Position numbers and translations under genes: made by a program. This document shows, one piece after another, positions 37,196-46,266 of a DNA stretch of 64,000 nt. Source of the DNA: Geopsychrobacteraceae bacterium (GTDB lineage: Bacteria > Desulfobacterota > Desulfuromonadia > Desulfuromonadales > Geopsychrobacteraceae); assembly GCA_963676795.2 (NCBI GenBank), contig CAXXTB010000002.1, positions 352,001 to 416,000 of the forward strand, given 5' to 3'. The stretch's first letter is position 1. Each line of letters starts with the position of its first letter. The notes under the pieces are model-generated. The model had not been told where the DNA came from and did no database searches. It saw only the letters and a list, made by a program, of their open reading frames with translations.

Positions 37196-38986
37196 ATGGG
37201 AAAGAAAATGAGATTGTGGCGTTATTTGAGTTTGGGAACAGTCGCTTCAGCATTTCTGTTTTCCGCATCACTGGCAACGGCAGCCAAGTATCAGGATCCT
37301 GAAGATGTTGCCCTGGCCTTCGACCCGTCGGACGGAACGGCTTTGAGCGTGACCGTTGATGGTGCGCCTGTAGGGATCACCAAATATGTTGTCACCTATG
37401 TCGCAAACCCGGTTGCAGCTGATACGACAACGCTCTCCAATGCTGATCAACCCTATGGCTACCAGCGCATGGCTATCTTTGTTCCTGACAATCTTGCCGC
37501 TGATCAGGATGCTGCCATTATCTTTGCCGTCAACAACGGTGGCTGGATGAAGAGCGAACTGGGCTCCCGGGGCTTCAGTATCGAGGACGGCGGCTCTTAC
37601 GTCAGTAACACAAACACCGACAGGACTGGGGCTGCCCTCGCCGCCGGCTACATCTTTGTCGATGTCGGCACCCGCAGTCGTACCGCCGTCGGCGCTGACG
37701 GAAGCTGGATTGGTAAGGCTCCCTCGGTTGTGGTTGACGCCAAGGCTGCTATCCGCTACCTGCGTCTGAATGATGCCGTTATCCCAGGCTCTTCTGAAAA
37801 GATCGTTATTACCGGCACCAGCGGTGGCGGCGGTCTGTCGACAGCGATCGCCGCAAGTGGCAACAGTGCGGATTACTACCCCTACCTCAATGAGATCGGT
37901 GCTGCCGGGATCGACTCTCACAAGAAGAAGCTGACCAGCACCCTCAAGGACGATGTCTTTGCGGTGATCGCCTACTGCCCGATAACCGACCTGGGCAATG
38001 CGGATATCGCTTACGAGTGGCAGTTCGGTCCTGTGCGTGAATTGAACGACTACCTGGCGGGTCCTGGCGGTGGCAGAAAAGCCGGTGCCTGGGTTCTTGA
38101 CACTCTGCCAGCTTATATGCTCGACATCTCCAATGAAATGGCCCTTGAGTATCCGGACTACCTGGCGAGTCTCGGTCTGAAGATGAGCCCGCGCAAGCGC
38201 CTGACGGTTGAAACCATGCCGGAAGCGATCATGGCCTATGCCAAAGCTTCAATCGAGAAGGCTCTGGAAGATGGTAAGAATGTCCCGAACCTCGGTGAAG
38301 CCTGGGATGCGACAACCTGGCCGTCCTATGCTCCGGATTATGCGCCTGAGTCTCTTACCAGTTATGTCAATGACTGGTTCTCCTATGATGCCGTTGGTAC
38401 GGTCACGGTCCATTCATACGAGAACTTCCTCAAGTACGTCAAAGCGACTACTGATCTCAAGGGTGCTCCGTCTTTTGACGTAACCGGTACCTCTGAAGTT
38501 GGCGCCAGCGTCGGCAAAGGCGAGACCAACCTGTTCGGTGCCGCTGATGTTGCTTATTCCAATTTCATGGCATGGGCATGGAACAATAACAACGTCGCAG
38601 GTGATGGTTCCGGCCTGGATGACACCGGTTTGTTCTGGAATCAGTATATTGGTGGCTCCGAACTCGAAAAGCAGATCAAGTTGATCAACCCGCTCCCTTA
38701 CCTGATCAGCAGAAAAGATGGTGACAGCGCTCCATACTGGTACGTGCGCCACGGTCTGCGTGACCGCGACACTTCCTTTGCGGTTGAGATGGAACTGTTC
38801 TATGCTATCGACAATGATCCGTCGGTTCTCGATGTCAACACCGCACTGGCCTATGATACCGGTCATGCCGGCAACTACGACGTGCTGGAAGCCTATGAAT
38901 GGCTGGCTGATATTCTGGCCGATGAAGCGCTTCCCGGCCACCGGGAAAAAAGCAAACACGGTCAGAAAAAAGGGCACAGGAAATAA
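37196..38986 (+). CDS. Secreted subtype B tannase-like hydrolase
   Basis: RBS GGAGG, Sec signal ending ATA-A; GKAPSVVVDAKAAIRYLR, GTSGGGG, YCPITDLG, WYVRHGLRDRDTS, GHAGNYD; His/Lys-rich tail. Confidence 0.85.
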   Translation: MGKKMRLWRYLSLGTVASAFLFSASLATAAKYQDPEDVALAFDPSDGTALSVTVDGAPVGITKYVVTYVANPVAADTTTLSNADQPYGYQRMAIFVPDNLAADQDAAIIFAVNNGGWMKSELGSRGFSIEDGGSYVSNTNTDRTGAALAAGYIFVDVGTRSRTAVGADGSWIGKAPSVVVDAKAAIRYLRLNDAVIPGSSEKIVITGTSGGGGLSTAIAASGNSADYYPYLNEIGAAGIDSHKKKLTSTLKDDVFAVIAYCPITDLGNADIAYEWQFGPVRELNDYLAGPGGGRKAGAWVLDTLPAYMLDISNEMALEYPDYLASLGLKMSPRKRLTVETMPEAIMAYAKASIEKALEDGKNVPNLGEAWDATTWPSYAPDYAPESLTSYVNDWFSYDAVGTVTVHSYENFLKYVKATTDLKGAPSFDVTGTSEVGASVGKGETNLFGAADVAYSNFMAWAWNNNNVAGDGSGLDDTGLFWNQYIGGSELEKQIKLINPLPYLISRKDGDSAPYWYVRHGLRDRDTSFAVEMELFYAIDNDPSVLDVNTALAYDTGHAGNYDVLEAYEWLADILADEALPGHREKSKHGQKKGHRK

Positions 38987-39017
38987 ATTGAGATGATGTT
39001 TTTCTGATGCCGATTGC

Positions 39018-39052
39018 GCCGTCCCCTGATTAGGCAGGGGACGGCTTTTTTT
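39018..39052 (+). terminator. Intrinsic terminator
   Basis: GCCGTCCCCTG / CAGGGGACGGC followed by T7. Confidence 0.85.
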
Positions 39053-39195
39053 CGGCGACGTATGAGACCTTGGCAATTATCAAACCATTTTTGAATGCTT
39101 TCTTGTCGAGATTTGTTACAATTGCGAAGGTGATGTTCCGGGGGGGCTGACTCGATGAACTTATCTGAAGTTTTCAATGACGAGAGGCTTTTCCT

Positions 39196-40992
39196 ATGCA
39201 GAGAGAGGACCTGTACGATCAGCTCAAAGATGTTCTGACAATTTCTGCCACTGAACCGACAACCTATCTTGAGTTCGTTGCCTGCCTCTTTGACATGGAA
39301 GAGGAGGGCGTCACTCCTTCCTGTAGCAAAATCATCAAACGTTTATGGCCTGAAGAATGGGAACAGGCTGCCGATAAGATTCAGTTCTGCGCGACTAAGT
39401 GGAATCTGCTGCGCAAGAGGCGGCATAAGATCAATGAGCGTATCTTTGACAGCTCTCTACTGTTTTGCTATTTCATCCAGCTCACCCCAGATAAGGAATT
39501 TCGCATCCTTTATGATCCTCATGCCATTTTTGAAGAGCGGCTGGAGGAGTTCAAGCGTTCGCAAGCCAAGACGAGCTGCCAGGAAGATCGTGAAAAGCTG
39601 GAAGAGACTGTTCGTAGTCTGCAGCTGCGCTTTGACGCTCTTCATCAGGCCGCTCCCGTCGGCAGGGAGCTTTTTCGCATCAGCGGCGTAGCACTGCTGA
39701 AGGCAACCGTGCTGGTTCTTTTCGTAGTCCTGGCCCTTGCATCCAGTCTGCGGGTCTATTCCTTCTTCACTGCGAAGCCTTCGCGTCCAGCGCCTGTCGC
39801 AGAAGAATCCCGGGATATGATCACCATCGCGGTCATGCCCTTTGTTGGCAGTCAGGAGGGCAACCGGACCGAGATCATCTTCAATCAGGGGTTGAGCGAT
39901 GGGGTCATCTCCGCTTTATCGCGCTTTTCGCAGATGATGGTGATCTCGCGTAACTCCGTTGAGTCCTATCGCGGTCAAAGTGTCGATGTGGGAACCGTCG
40001 GCGAGGAATTGGGGGTTCGCTATGTCGTCGGCGGCAACACCTATGCTTCCGGCGGAAAAATCCGCATCGCAGCCCGCCTTAATGATGTCGAAACAGGCAG
40101 GGTTCTATGGAGCGACCAGTGGAATGAACAGTATGAAGATCTCTTCTCGCTGCAGAACGAAATAACCCTGAAGATCCTCGTCGCCTTGCAGGTCAAGCTC
40201 TCCGAAGGGGACAAGGCCCAGGCCTTTGCCCGGGGAACACGAAGTATCGAGGCCTACACCAAGTTGATGGAGGGCTACCATCACTATTTTCGGGAGAGCC
40301 ACACGGACACCTTGATGGCCAGACGCCTGGCTGAACAGGCCATCGCGATTGATCCCGACTACGCCGCCGCCTACGCTCTGCTCGCCGACAGCTACCTGAA
40401 AGATATCGAGCAGCAGAGCGATACCCCGAGGTTATCCGAGGCCTACGAAATCATCCGGCAGGGACTTGAAATGGATCAGAATGACCCGGTCGTTCACAAT
40501 GTCTATTCGCGGGTCTGCTGGCATGGCGGTGAGTATGAGAAGGCTTTGTCCGAGGCTAAAAAATCTCTGGAAATTGCTCCGAGCTATTACGAGGGGCTCT
40601 GCTGGTACGCTGCTCTTCTCAACTGGCTGGGGCGATCCGGCGAAGCGATTGAGGTTTATCAGCAGGCGGCGCGTCTTGATCCCAGGGATCAGACTTTGAG
40701 CTATCTCTTTGCAAGCTGGGCCTACCGGGATTTTGGGGACTATGAGAAGGCGATTGTCTATCTGAAGAAGGCCCGGGCTGGAAAGCGTTTGAGAACCTAT
40801 GATTATACCCATCTGGCGGCCTGCTATGTGGCTTCCGGAGATATTGTTCTGGGACGAGAGATGATCAGGGAAGCGTTGGCCCTGGATTCGTCTCTGACCA
40901 TCGAGTCGATAACCTCAAAACCGATTATCGCCATCGGTCCCGCCATGCAAAACCAGTTTGCCGGCTGGCTCAAACAGGCCGGATTGCCCTGA
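39196..40992 (+). CDS. Membrane-anchored protein: putative wHTH N-domain, TM, TolB-like domain, TPRs (paralog 2)
   Basis: Colinear with 35059-36840 (EPTTYLEFV, KIIKRLWPE, LLRKRRHKINER, VISRNS, DPDYAAAYAL). Confidence 0.75.
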   Translation: MQREDLYDQLKDVLTISATEPTTYLEFVACLFDMEEEGVTPSCSKIIKRLWPEEWEQAADKIQFCATKWNLLRKRRHKINERIFDSSLLFCYFIQLTPDKEFRILYDPHAIFEERLEEFKRSQAKTSCQEDREKLEETVRSLQLRFDALHQAAPVGRELFRISGVALLKATVLVLFVVLALASSLRVYSFFTAKPSRPAPVAEESRDMITIAVMPFVGSQEGNRTEIIFNQGLSDGVISALSRFSQMMVISRNSVESYRGQSVDVGTVGEELGVRYVVGGNTYASGGKIRIAARLNDVETGRVLWSDQWNEQYEDLFSLQNEITLKILVALQVKLSEGDKAQAFARGTRSIEAYTKLMEGYHHYFRESHTDTLMARRLAEQAIAIDPDYAAAYALLADSYLKDIEQQSDTPRLSEAYEIIRQGLEMDQNDPVVHNVYSRVCWHGGEYEKALSEAKKSLEIAPSYYEGLCWYAALLNWLGRSGEAIEVYQQAARLDPRDQTLSYLFASWAYRDFGDYEKAIVYLKKARAGKRLRTYDYTHLAACYVASGDIVLGREMIREALALDSSLTIESITSKPIIAIGPAMQNQFAGWLKQAGLP

Positions 40993-41214
40993 CTGGTTTT
41001 CAGCCGGAAACAGTTCTTTCCCGCGGTGGCGGAATACCCCCCTGCTCGCAAGCTCGCTTCCCCCCTATTTTATAGGGGTGATTGAGGGGGGTGCTTTGAA
41101 GTCATTTTGATGTCCTTGTCGCATGGCTGCTCTGTCGTTCAACGCTCCTTTAAGACGAATGCCTTCCTTCCACTTCCTTTACGATTTTTCGAGTATTTCC
41201 ATCCCTTTCCTGTG

Positions 41215-41260
41215 CTGTGAATAGCACTGTTCCCAGCAGTGTTCACAGGGCAGTTCACAG
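41215..41260. promoter_or_regulatory. Operator-like palindrome plus phased half-sites upstream of tannase 3
   Basis: CTGTGAATAGCACTGTTCCCAG, then GTTC(C/A)CAG at 41229, 41241 and 41253 (12-bp period). Confidence 0.65.
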
Positions 41261-41470
41261 GTAACTATCTGAGATCGTTGACGAAATAAAATCAAAAACA
41301 TAAATGTTTATAAGTGCGAAAGCCGCTTTTAATAGAGAGCTTTCGGGTTGGATTGTCTCGCCTTTTTAACATTTCAAGCCGGCTGTCACTTTCCGGTTTG
41401 AGGTGTTTCACTGGAGCTTTGTATCACAACGATACAAAGCATAAACATTCTTTTTCTGGGAGGTAAATGT

Positions 41471-43198
41471 ATGAAGATGAGGAAGAGGTTATGGCGTTCT
41501 TTGGCTTTGTGCGGATTAGCCGCGACACTTGCATTAACTGGGGCCTGTAGCAGTAGCAACAGTAGCAGTAGTCATACTCCTTCAGCAGGGGTTTATGATG
41601 AGGATCTGCAGTTTGACGACACAAGCGGAACCGCTATCTCGGTAACTCTCTCGACCGGCGGAGTCGACACGACTCTTAATTTAACCAAGTACACTGTGAC
41701 CTATGTTGCCAATCCTATTGAGATGGCGACAGAGTATTCAGAATGGTTCTTTACCGGCAGTGAGAGTACGGTAACTTTGTCAGATGTCTATTCATACCAG
41801 AAAATGAATATCTATGTACCGGACACGGCAGATCAGGATTCGGCAATTATTTTTGCCGTGAACAATTCCGGTTGGGCCACTCATCCGGTTTCGGAAAGTA
41901 TTGTCGATGGCAATACCTATGAAACAGACTCAGATACCGACAGAGTTGGCGCTGCCTTGGCAGCTGGCTATGTTTTCATTGATGTTGGCACCCGTGGACG
42001 GAATGCCTATGGTGCTGATGACACCTGGCAGGGGAAAGCCCCGGCTGTTGTTGTTGATGCAAAGGCCGCAATTCGTTATTTGCGTTTGAATGATGATGCC
42101 ATGTCAGGCTCGACCGATAAAATCGTTATTACCGGAACCAGTGGCGGTGGCGGTCTGTCGACAGTTATTGCCGCCAGTGGCAACAGCCCAGACTACTATC
42201 CCTACCTGCAGGAGATTGGCGCTGCCGGTATCACCTCATCAGGCGGCAGTACTCTGGATGACGACGTTTTTGCAGTCATCGCGTACTGTCCGATTACCGA
42301 CCTTGGTCATGCCGACATCGCTTACGAGTGGCAGTATGGAGACTTGAGAGCCGAAGGTGATCCTCTTGGCGGGCCGGCGGGTTTCCTGCCTTGGATCGTC
42401 TCGAACCTGACCGCAGACATGCTGACATTGTCACCAACACTTGCCGGTCAATATCCAGCCTATCTGGACAGCCTCGGATTGACTTTCCTGGATGAAAACA
42501 ACGTCCGTCAAGATTTGTCTTCGACGACCATGGAGACAGCGATCACGACCCTGGTCAAGGCTGGCGTCCAGAAAGCTCTGGACGAGGGGGTTGCGGTTCC
42601 GGTTCTCGGTGCAAATTTCAGCATCAATGGCGTTGATTATGAGAACACTTGGGTCGCACATGACGGCACGACTGTCAGCTCCGTCGACTACGATGCGTAC
42701 CTCGTCTTTGTTAAGACGATTTCAGCGCTGAAGGGTGTTCCGTCTTTCGATGTTACCGGAACCGTGGGGATTGACAATGTTGGTAGTGGAGAGAGCAACC
42801 TGTTCGGATCCCCAGATTACCAGTATTCCAACTTCACCCAATGGACCTGGGATAATAATGAGTTTTTAGGTGATGGTTCAGGTCCTGACGATAATGGTGG
42901 ACTGCTTTGGGCTGAATATATCAGCGGTTCTGAACTTGAAAATCAGCTTAAGCTGATCAATCCGATAGTTTACCTGACCGATGACTCCAACGGCGATAAA
43001 GCCCCTTACTGGTACGTCCGTCACGGTTTGATCGATCGCGATACCGCATTTGCCATCGAGGCTGAACTGTTCAACGCCATTGAGAACAATCTGGATGTCG
43101 CAGAAGTGAACTATGCGCTTGCCTACCTGCAGAATCATGGTGGCAACTATGATGTTCAGGAGGCTTATGCCTGGCTGGCCAGTATTCTTGCTGATTGA
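41471..43198 (+). CDS. Lipoprotein subtype B tannase-like hydrolase
   Basis: Lipobox LTGAC plus Ser-rich linker; GTSGGGG, YCPITDLG, WYVRHGLIDRDT, NHGGNYD; paralog of 37196-38986. Confidence 0.85.
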   Translation: MKMRKRLWRSLALCGLAATLALTGACSSSNSSSSHTPSAGVYDEDLQFDDTSGTAISVTLSTGGVDTTLNLTKYTVTYVANPIEMATEYSEWFFTGSESTVTLSDVYSYQKMNIYVPDTADQDSAIIFAVNNSGWATHPVSESIVDGNTYETDSDTDRVGAALAAGYVFIDVGTRGRNAYGADDTWQGKAPAVVVDAKAAIRYLRLNDDAMSGSTDKIVITGTSGGGGLSTVIAASGNSPDYYPYLQEIGAAGITSSGGSTLDDDVFAVIAYCPITDLGHADIAYEWQYGDLRAEGDPLGGPAGFLPWIVSNLTADMLTLSPTLAGQYPAYLDSLGLTFLDENNVRQDLSSTTMETAITTLVKAGVQKALDEGVAVPVLGANFSINGVDYENTWVAHDGTTVSSVDYDAYLVFVKTISALKGVPSFDVTGTVGIDNVGSGESNLFGSPDYQYSNFTQWTWDNNEFLGDGSGPDDNGGLLWAEYISGSELENQLKLINPIVYLTDDSNGDKAPYWYVRHGLIDRDTAFAIEAELFNAIENNLDVAEVNYALAYLQNHGGNYDVQEAYAWLASILAD

Positions 43199-43227
43199 TA
43201 GTGATCGATTTTGAAATGAATTTTAAT

Positions 43228-43251
43228 GGGCGGAGTAATCCGCCCTTTTTT
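43228..43251 (+). terminator. Intrinsic terminator
   Basis: GGGCGGA-GTAA-TCCGCCC followed by T6. Confidence 0.8.
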
Positions 43252-43960
43252 ATTCAAAAAAATTTGCAGGATTGTTCAGTCTGCTTTTTCTTTTCCGCCA
43301 GTCCGGCAAATACCGATCCATAAACCGATAAAACCGTTCATTGTGATAGCGCTCCAGCAGGTGAATCAACTCATGGACGATGACATACTCGATCTCTTCA
43401 ACGGCATACATCCCCAGATTACGATTCAGCCAGATCCTTTTTTGCTGAATATTACAGCTTCCCCAGCGGGTCTTCATGGTTTTCAGGCGCCACTCGTTGA
43501 TTGAGGCACCGATGCGCCGTTGCCAGGTCTCAAGCAAGTCGGGTATTACGCTGTTCAGGTAATCTGTGCAGATAACCAGAAAGAGCTCATGTTTGAGAGC
43601 TTCATCGGCTGTTGCCGGAAGATGAAAGATCAGTTCCTGATTCTGCTCTGTAATCTTTATGGTGTTGTCTGGCTGAGAGATTTTGAGCAGATAGGGTCGC
43701 CCCCTGTAGAGCAGGCGTTGTCCGTCGGCAAAGGCAGTGACCGTCTTTTCTCTCAGGGGCTCAGCCTGCTTTAACCGTCTATCAATCCAGCTCTTTTTCA
43801 GGCGGATGAAGTTTTCAATTTCGCTCAGCCCAACCCGAACAGGGGCGCTGACCCTCAGGTCAGATGTTTCTCTGTTGATGCGCAGATAGATATGCTTGAT
43901 CGGTTTGCGGGTAAGACAAACTTTATAACCACAGATGTTGTGACAGCTCTGTTTCATCAT
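43250..43960 (-). CDS. YgjP/DUF45-like zinc metalloprotein (M48/SprT-like)
   Basis: VSAP, MKTRWGSC, IEYVIVHELIHL (HExxH), HNERF. Confidence 0.85.
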   Translation of the reverse strand: MMKQSCHNICGYKVCLTRKPIKHIYLRINRETSDLRVSAPVRVGLSEIENFIRLKKSWIDRRLKQAEPLREKTVTAFADGQRLLYRGRPYLLKISQPDNTIKITEQNQELIFHLPATADEALKHELFLVICTDYLNSVIPDLLETWQRRIGASINEWRLKTMKTRWGSCNIQQKRIWLNRNLGMYAVEEIEYVIVHELIHLLERYHNERFYRFMDRYLPDWRKRKSRLNNPANFFE

Positions 43961-44017
43961 CCGCTGTTGCTCAGAATTGTGTTCAGTAAAAATATATCTT
44001 TGAACGGAATAAAGCAG

Positions 44018-44046
44018 TTGACATCGATATTCTTAAGATATATAAC
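44018..44046 (+). promoter_or_regulatory. Sigma70 promoter
   Basis: TTGACA (44018) - 17 bp - TATAAC (44041). Confidence 0.75.
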
Positions 44047-44052
44047 GCAATG

Positions 44053-44168
44053 AATAGCGAACGTCTCTTCTTCTCGAAATCACTGCTGTGTCGCTCACAC
44101 AGGCGGAAGAGCCTTCACACCCATTTGCTTTTGCCGGATGACATTGTCGTTGTCCGGCAATTTTTTTT
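44053..44168 (+). ncRNA. Candidate small RNA (~115 nt), family not recognised
   Basis: Bounded by a near-consensus sigma70 promoter and a terminator (TTGCCGGATGAC / GTTGTCCGGCAA plus T8). Both flanking genes are on the minus strand. Confidence 0.5.
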
Positions 44169-44226
44169 ATAAGAAAAGCCCTTTTTTTGAAAAGGGCTTC
44201 CAAGCTTGTATCAAGGAAAAAACAGC

Positions 44227-44418
44227 TTATTTGCCGTCAACAATCTGGTAGCTTTCTGCATTGTCCGGACGGTCTTTGCTTTCAGCGACAAGTCTGCCTT
44301 TTTTCTGGCAGATTGGACAGACGCCGAAGTTGTCATATTCCATATCTTCTAAAGTAAATCTGTAGTTTTTGTTGCACATGTCACAACGGAAAAACATCCA
44401 ATAAGGGCCCCAAGACAT
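44227..44418 (-). CDS. Small zinc-ribbon-like protein (63 aa)
   Basis: CDMC...CPIC; strong RBS AGGAGGA; own terminator hairpin at ~44174-44200. Confidence 0.75.
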   Translation of the reverse strand: MSWGPYWMFFRCDMCNKNYRFTLEDMEYDNFGVCPICQKKGRLVAESKDRPDNAESYQIVDGK

Positions 44419-44553
44419 CTTGTATCATCCTCCTGCTGTATTCTTTGTGTCGAAAAACGCATGGTAACTTTTACCGCATGTAAGGATGCACCAAAGAGCT
44501 GCAGATGCCAAGCAGTTTGAGGCGTATTTTGTGATTTATGGGAAAGATGATAT

Positions 44554-46170
44554 TTACAGGGCTTCGGTCAGCCGTACTTGACAGATCAGGCGTTCTTCTT
44601 CGCAGCGCTGTTCCGACCAGTTCAGCTCGTTGGCCATGATCCGGATGACCTTATCAACCGATTGCAGGGCTGCGGATTGGTCGATGAGGGCCAACGGGGT
44701 TCTGCGGGCCAGAACATCGATTGCACGCCGGGCATGCTCATAGCGCGTCGCGTAGATGATCTCTGCAATGAGGACAGGGTGCTCCGGATGCAGCCTCTGC
44801 CGGGCGTTCTGATCTGAGAGTTGGAGGATCTTTGGGGCCTGATCACCGTAATTCCGGGTCAGGTAGGCGGCGATGTCGCTGGCAATCGCGTAATCGTCTT
44901 CCAGTTGTTGCGCCAGATCATCGCTATAGCCTGATGCCCCCAGGATCGCCAGATTTTCTGTCCGGCATTCCCGCTGTTCTGCCGCGAGTGAAAAGATGCG
45001 GAGCGCATGGTCCAGACAGTCTTTGGCCATCTTGCGGTAGGTTGTCCATTTGCCGCCGCAGATTGTTACCAGGCCGCTGGCGCTGGTCTGAATCAGGTGT
45101 TCCCTGACCAGTTCCGCGGTGTCTGCGGCATCAGGATCAGACACCAGGGGGCGCAAGCCGGTCCAGACGGATGTGATGTCCTGCCGCGTAACCGGTTTGT
45201 TAAAATAGCTGGTGAGATGGTGAAGGAGGTAATCGATCTCCTTTTCGAGCGGGCGCGGGTGTTCGCTGAGCTGGGCCGGTTCATCGGTTGTCCCGACCAG
45301 GACATGGTCCTCCCAGGGGAGGGCGAAGAGGACCCGGCCGTCGTCAGTCTGCGGTATCATCAGCCCCGCTTCAGCGGAAAACAGTGACTTGTCGAGAACG
45401 ATATGGATGCCGCTGCTGGTCGTCAGCAGCGGTTTCGCCTGCGGATCATCCAGGCTACGCAGCTGATCACAGAAGGGGCCGGTCGCATTGATGATGCCGC
45501 GGGCCTTCAGTCTCAGTTCCTGTGCCGAAAAACGATCCTGCACGATGACGCCGGAGATCTTACCGCCCAGTTTCATAAAGCCGGTGACCTTGATCTGGTT
45601 GCAGATCGTCGCGCCAAGTCTCTCGGCGCTCAGTGCCAGGGCGAGGGCGAGCCTGGCGTCGTGAAACTGGCCGTCATAATAAAGGACCCCGGCTTTCAGT
45701 CCCTTGGCCTTTATCCCGGGTAGTCTGCGCAGTGTTTCGCTGCGGCTGAGCAGCTGACTGTGTCCCAGCCGGCGTGAGCCGGAGAGCAGGTCGTACAGCT
45801 TGAGACCTGAGAAGATGTAGGGGATTTCGTGCCAGCTGTAGAGCGGGGTGATCAGTTCGAGCCGGTGTGCCAGGTGGCGGGCGTTACGCAGCAGCAGCGC
45901 TCTTTCGTGAAGCCCTTCTCTGACCAGGTCGAACTGTGCCCTGTCCAGTTTGCGGACCGCCTTTTCGAGATAGCGGACCCCGCCATGAACCAGTTTGGTG
46001 CTGCGGCTGCTGGTCCCTTCGGCAAAATCGTTCTGTTCGACCAGGGCAACCTTCAGTCCGCGGCTGGCGGCATCAAGAGCGGTGCCGCAGCCTGTGGCCC
46101 CGCCGCCAATGATGATCAGATCATAGGGGGCATTTTGCTTGAGTGCGTGGAGATTCTCCTGGCGGTTCAT
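44554..46170 (-). CDS. glpD: FAD-dependent glycerol-3-phosphate dehydrogenase
   Basis: IIGGGATG, GTSSRSTKLVHGGVRYL, INATGP, GLRPLV, GGKWTTYRKMA; divergent from glpK. Confidence 0.93.
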   Translation of the reverse strand: MNRQENLHALKQNAPYDLIIIGGGATGCGTALDAASRGLKVALVEQNDFAEGTSSRSTKLVHGGVRYLEKAVRKLDRAQFDLVREGLHERALLLRNARHLAHRLELITPLYSWHEIPYIFSGLKLYDLLSGSRRLGHSQLLSRSETLRRLPGIKAKGLKAGVLYYDGQFHDARLALALALSAERLGATICNQIKVTGFMKLGGKISGVIVQDRFSAQELRLKARGIINATGPFCDQLRSLDDPQAKPLLTTSSGIHIVLDKSLFSAEAGLMIPQTDDGRVLFALPWEDHVLVGTTDEPAQLSEHPRPLEKEIDYLLHHLTSYFNKPVTRQDITSVWTGLRPLVSDPDAADTAELVREHLIQTSASGLVTICGGKWTTYRKMAKDCLDHALRIFSLAAEQRECRTENLAILGASGYSDDLAQQLEDDYAIASDIAAYLTRNYGDQAPKILQLSDQNARQRLHPEHPVLIAEIIYATRYEHARRAIDVLARRTPLALIDQSAALQSVDKVIRIMANELNWSEQRCEEERLICQVRLTEAL

Positions 46171-46266
46171 AATCCTCTTCCGGTCGCTAAGCAAGGCTGC
46201 TAAAAATACTATACACTATACAATATTGAGATGTTGGCTCGCTTATGAGATCTCCGGGGAGGACCG

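Noticed and set aside
35059..40992. Adenylate cyclase annotation for the TolB-TPR proteins
   Set aside because: No class III cyclase motifs (e.g. GDG, GxxVNxAAR) in the N-terminal region.
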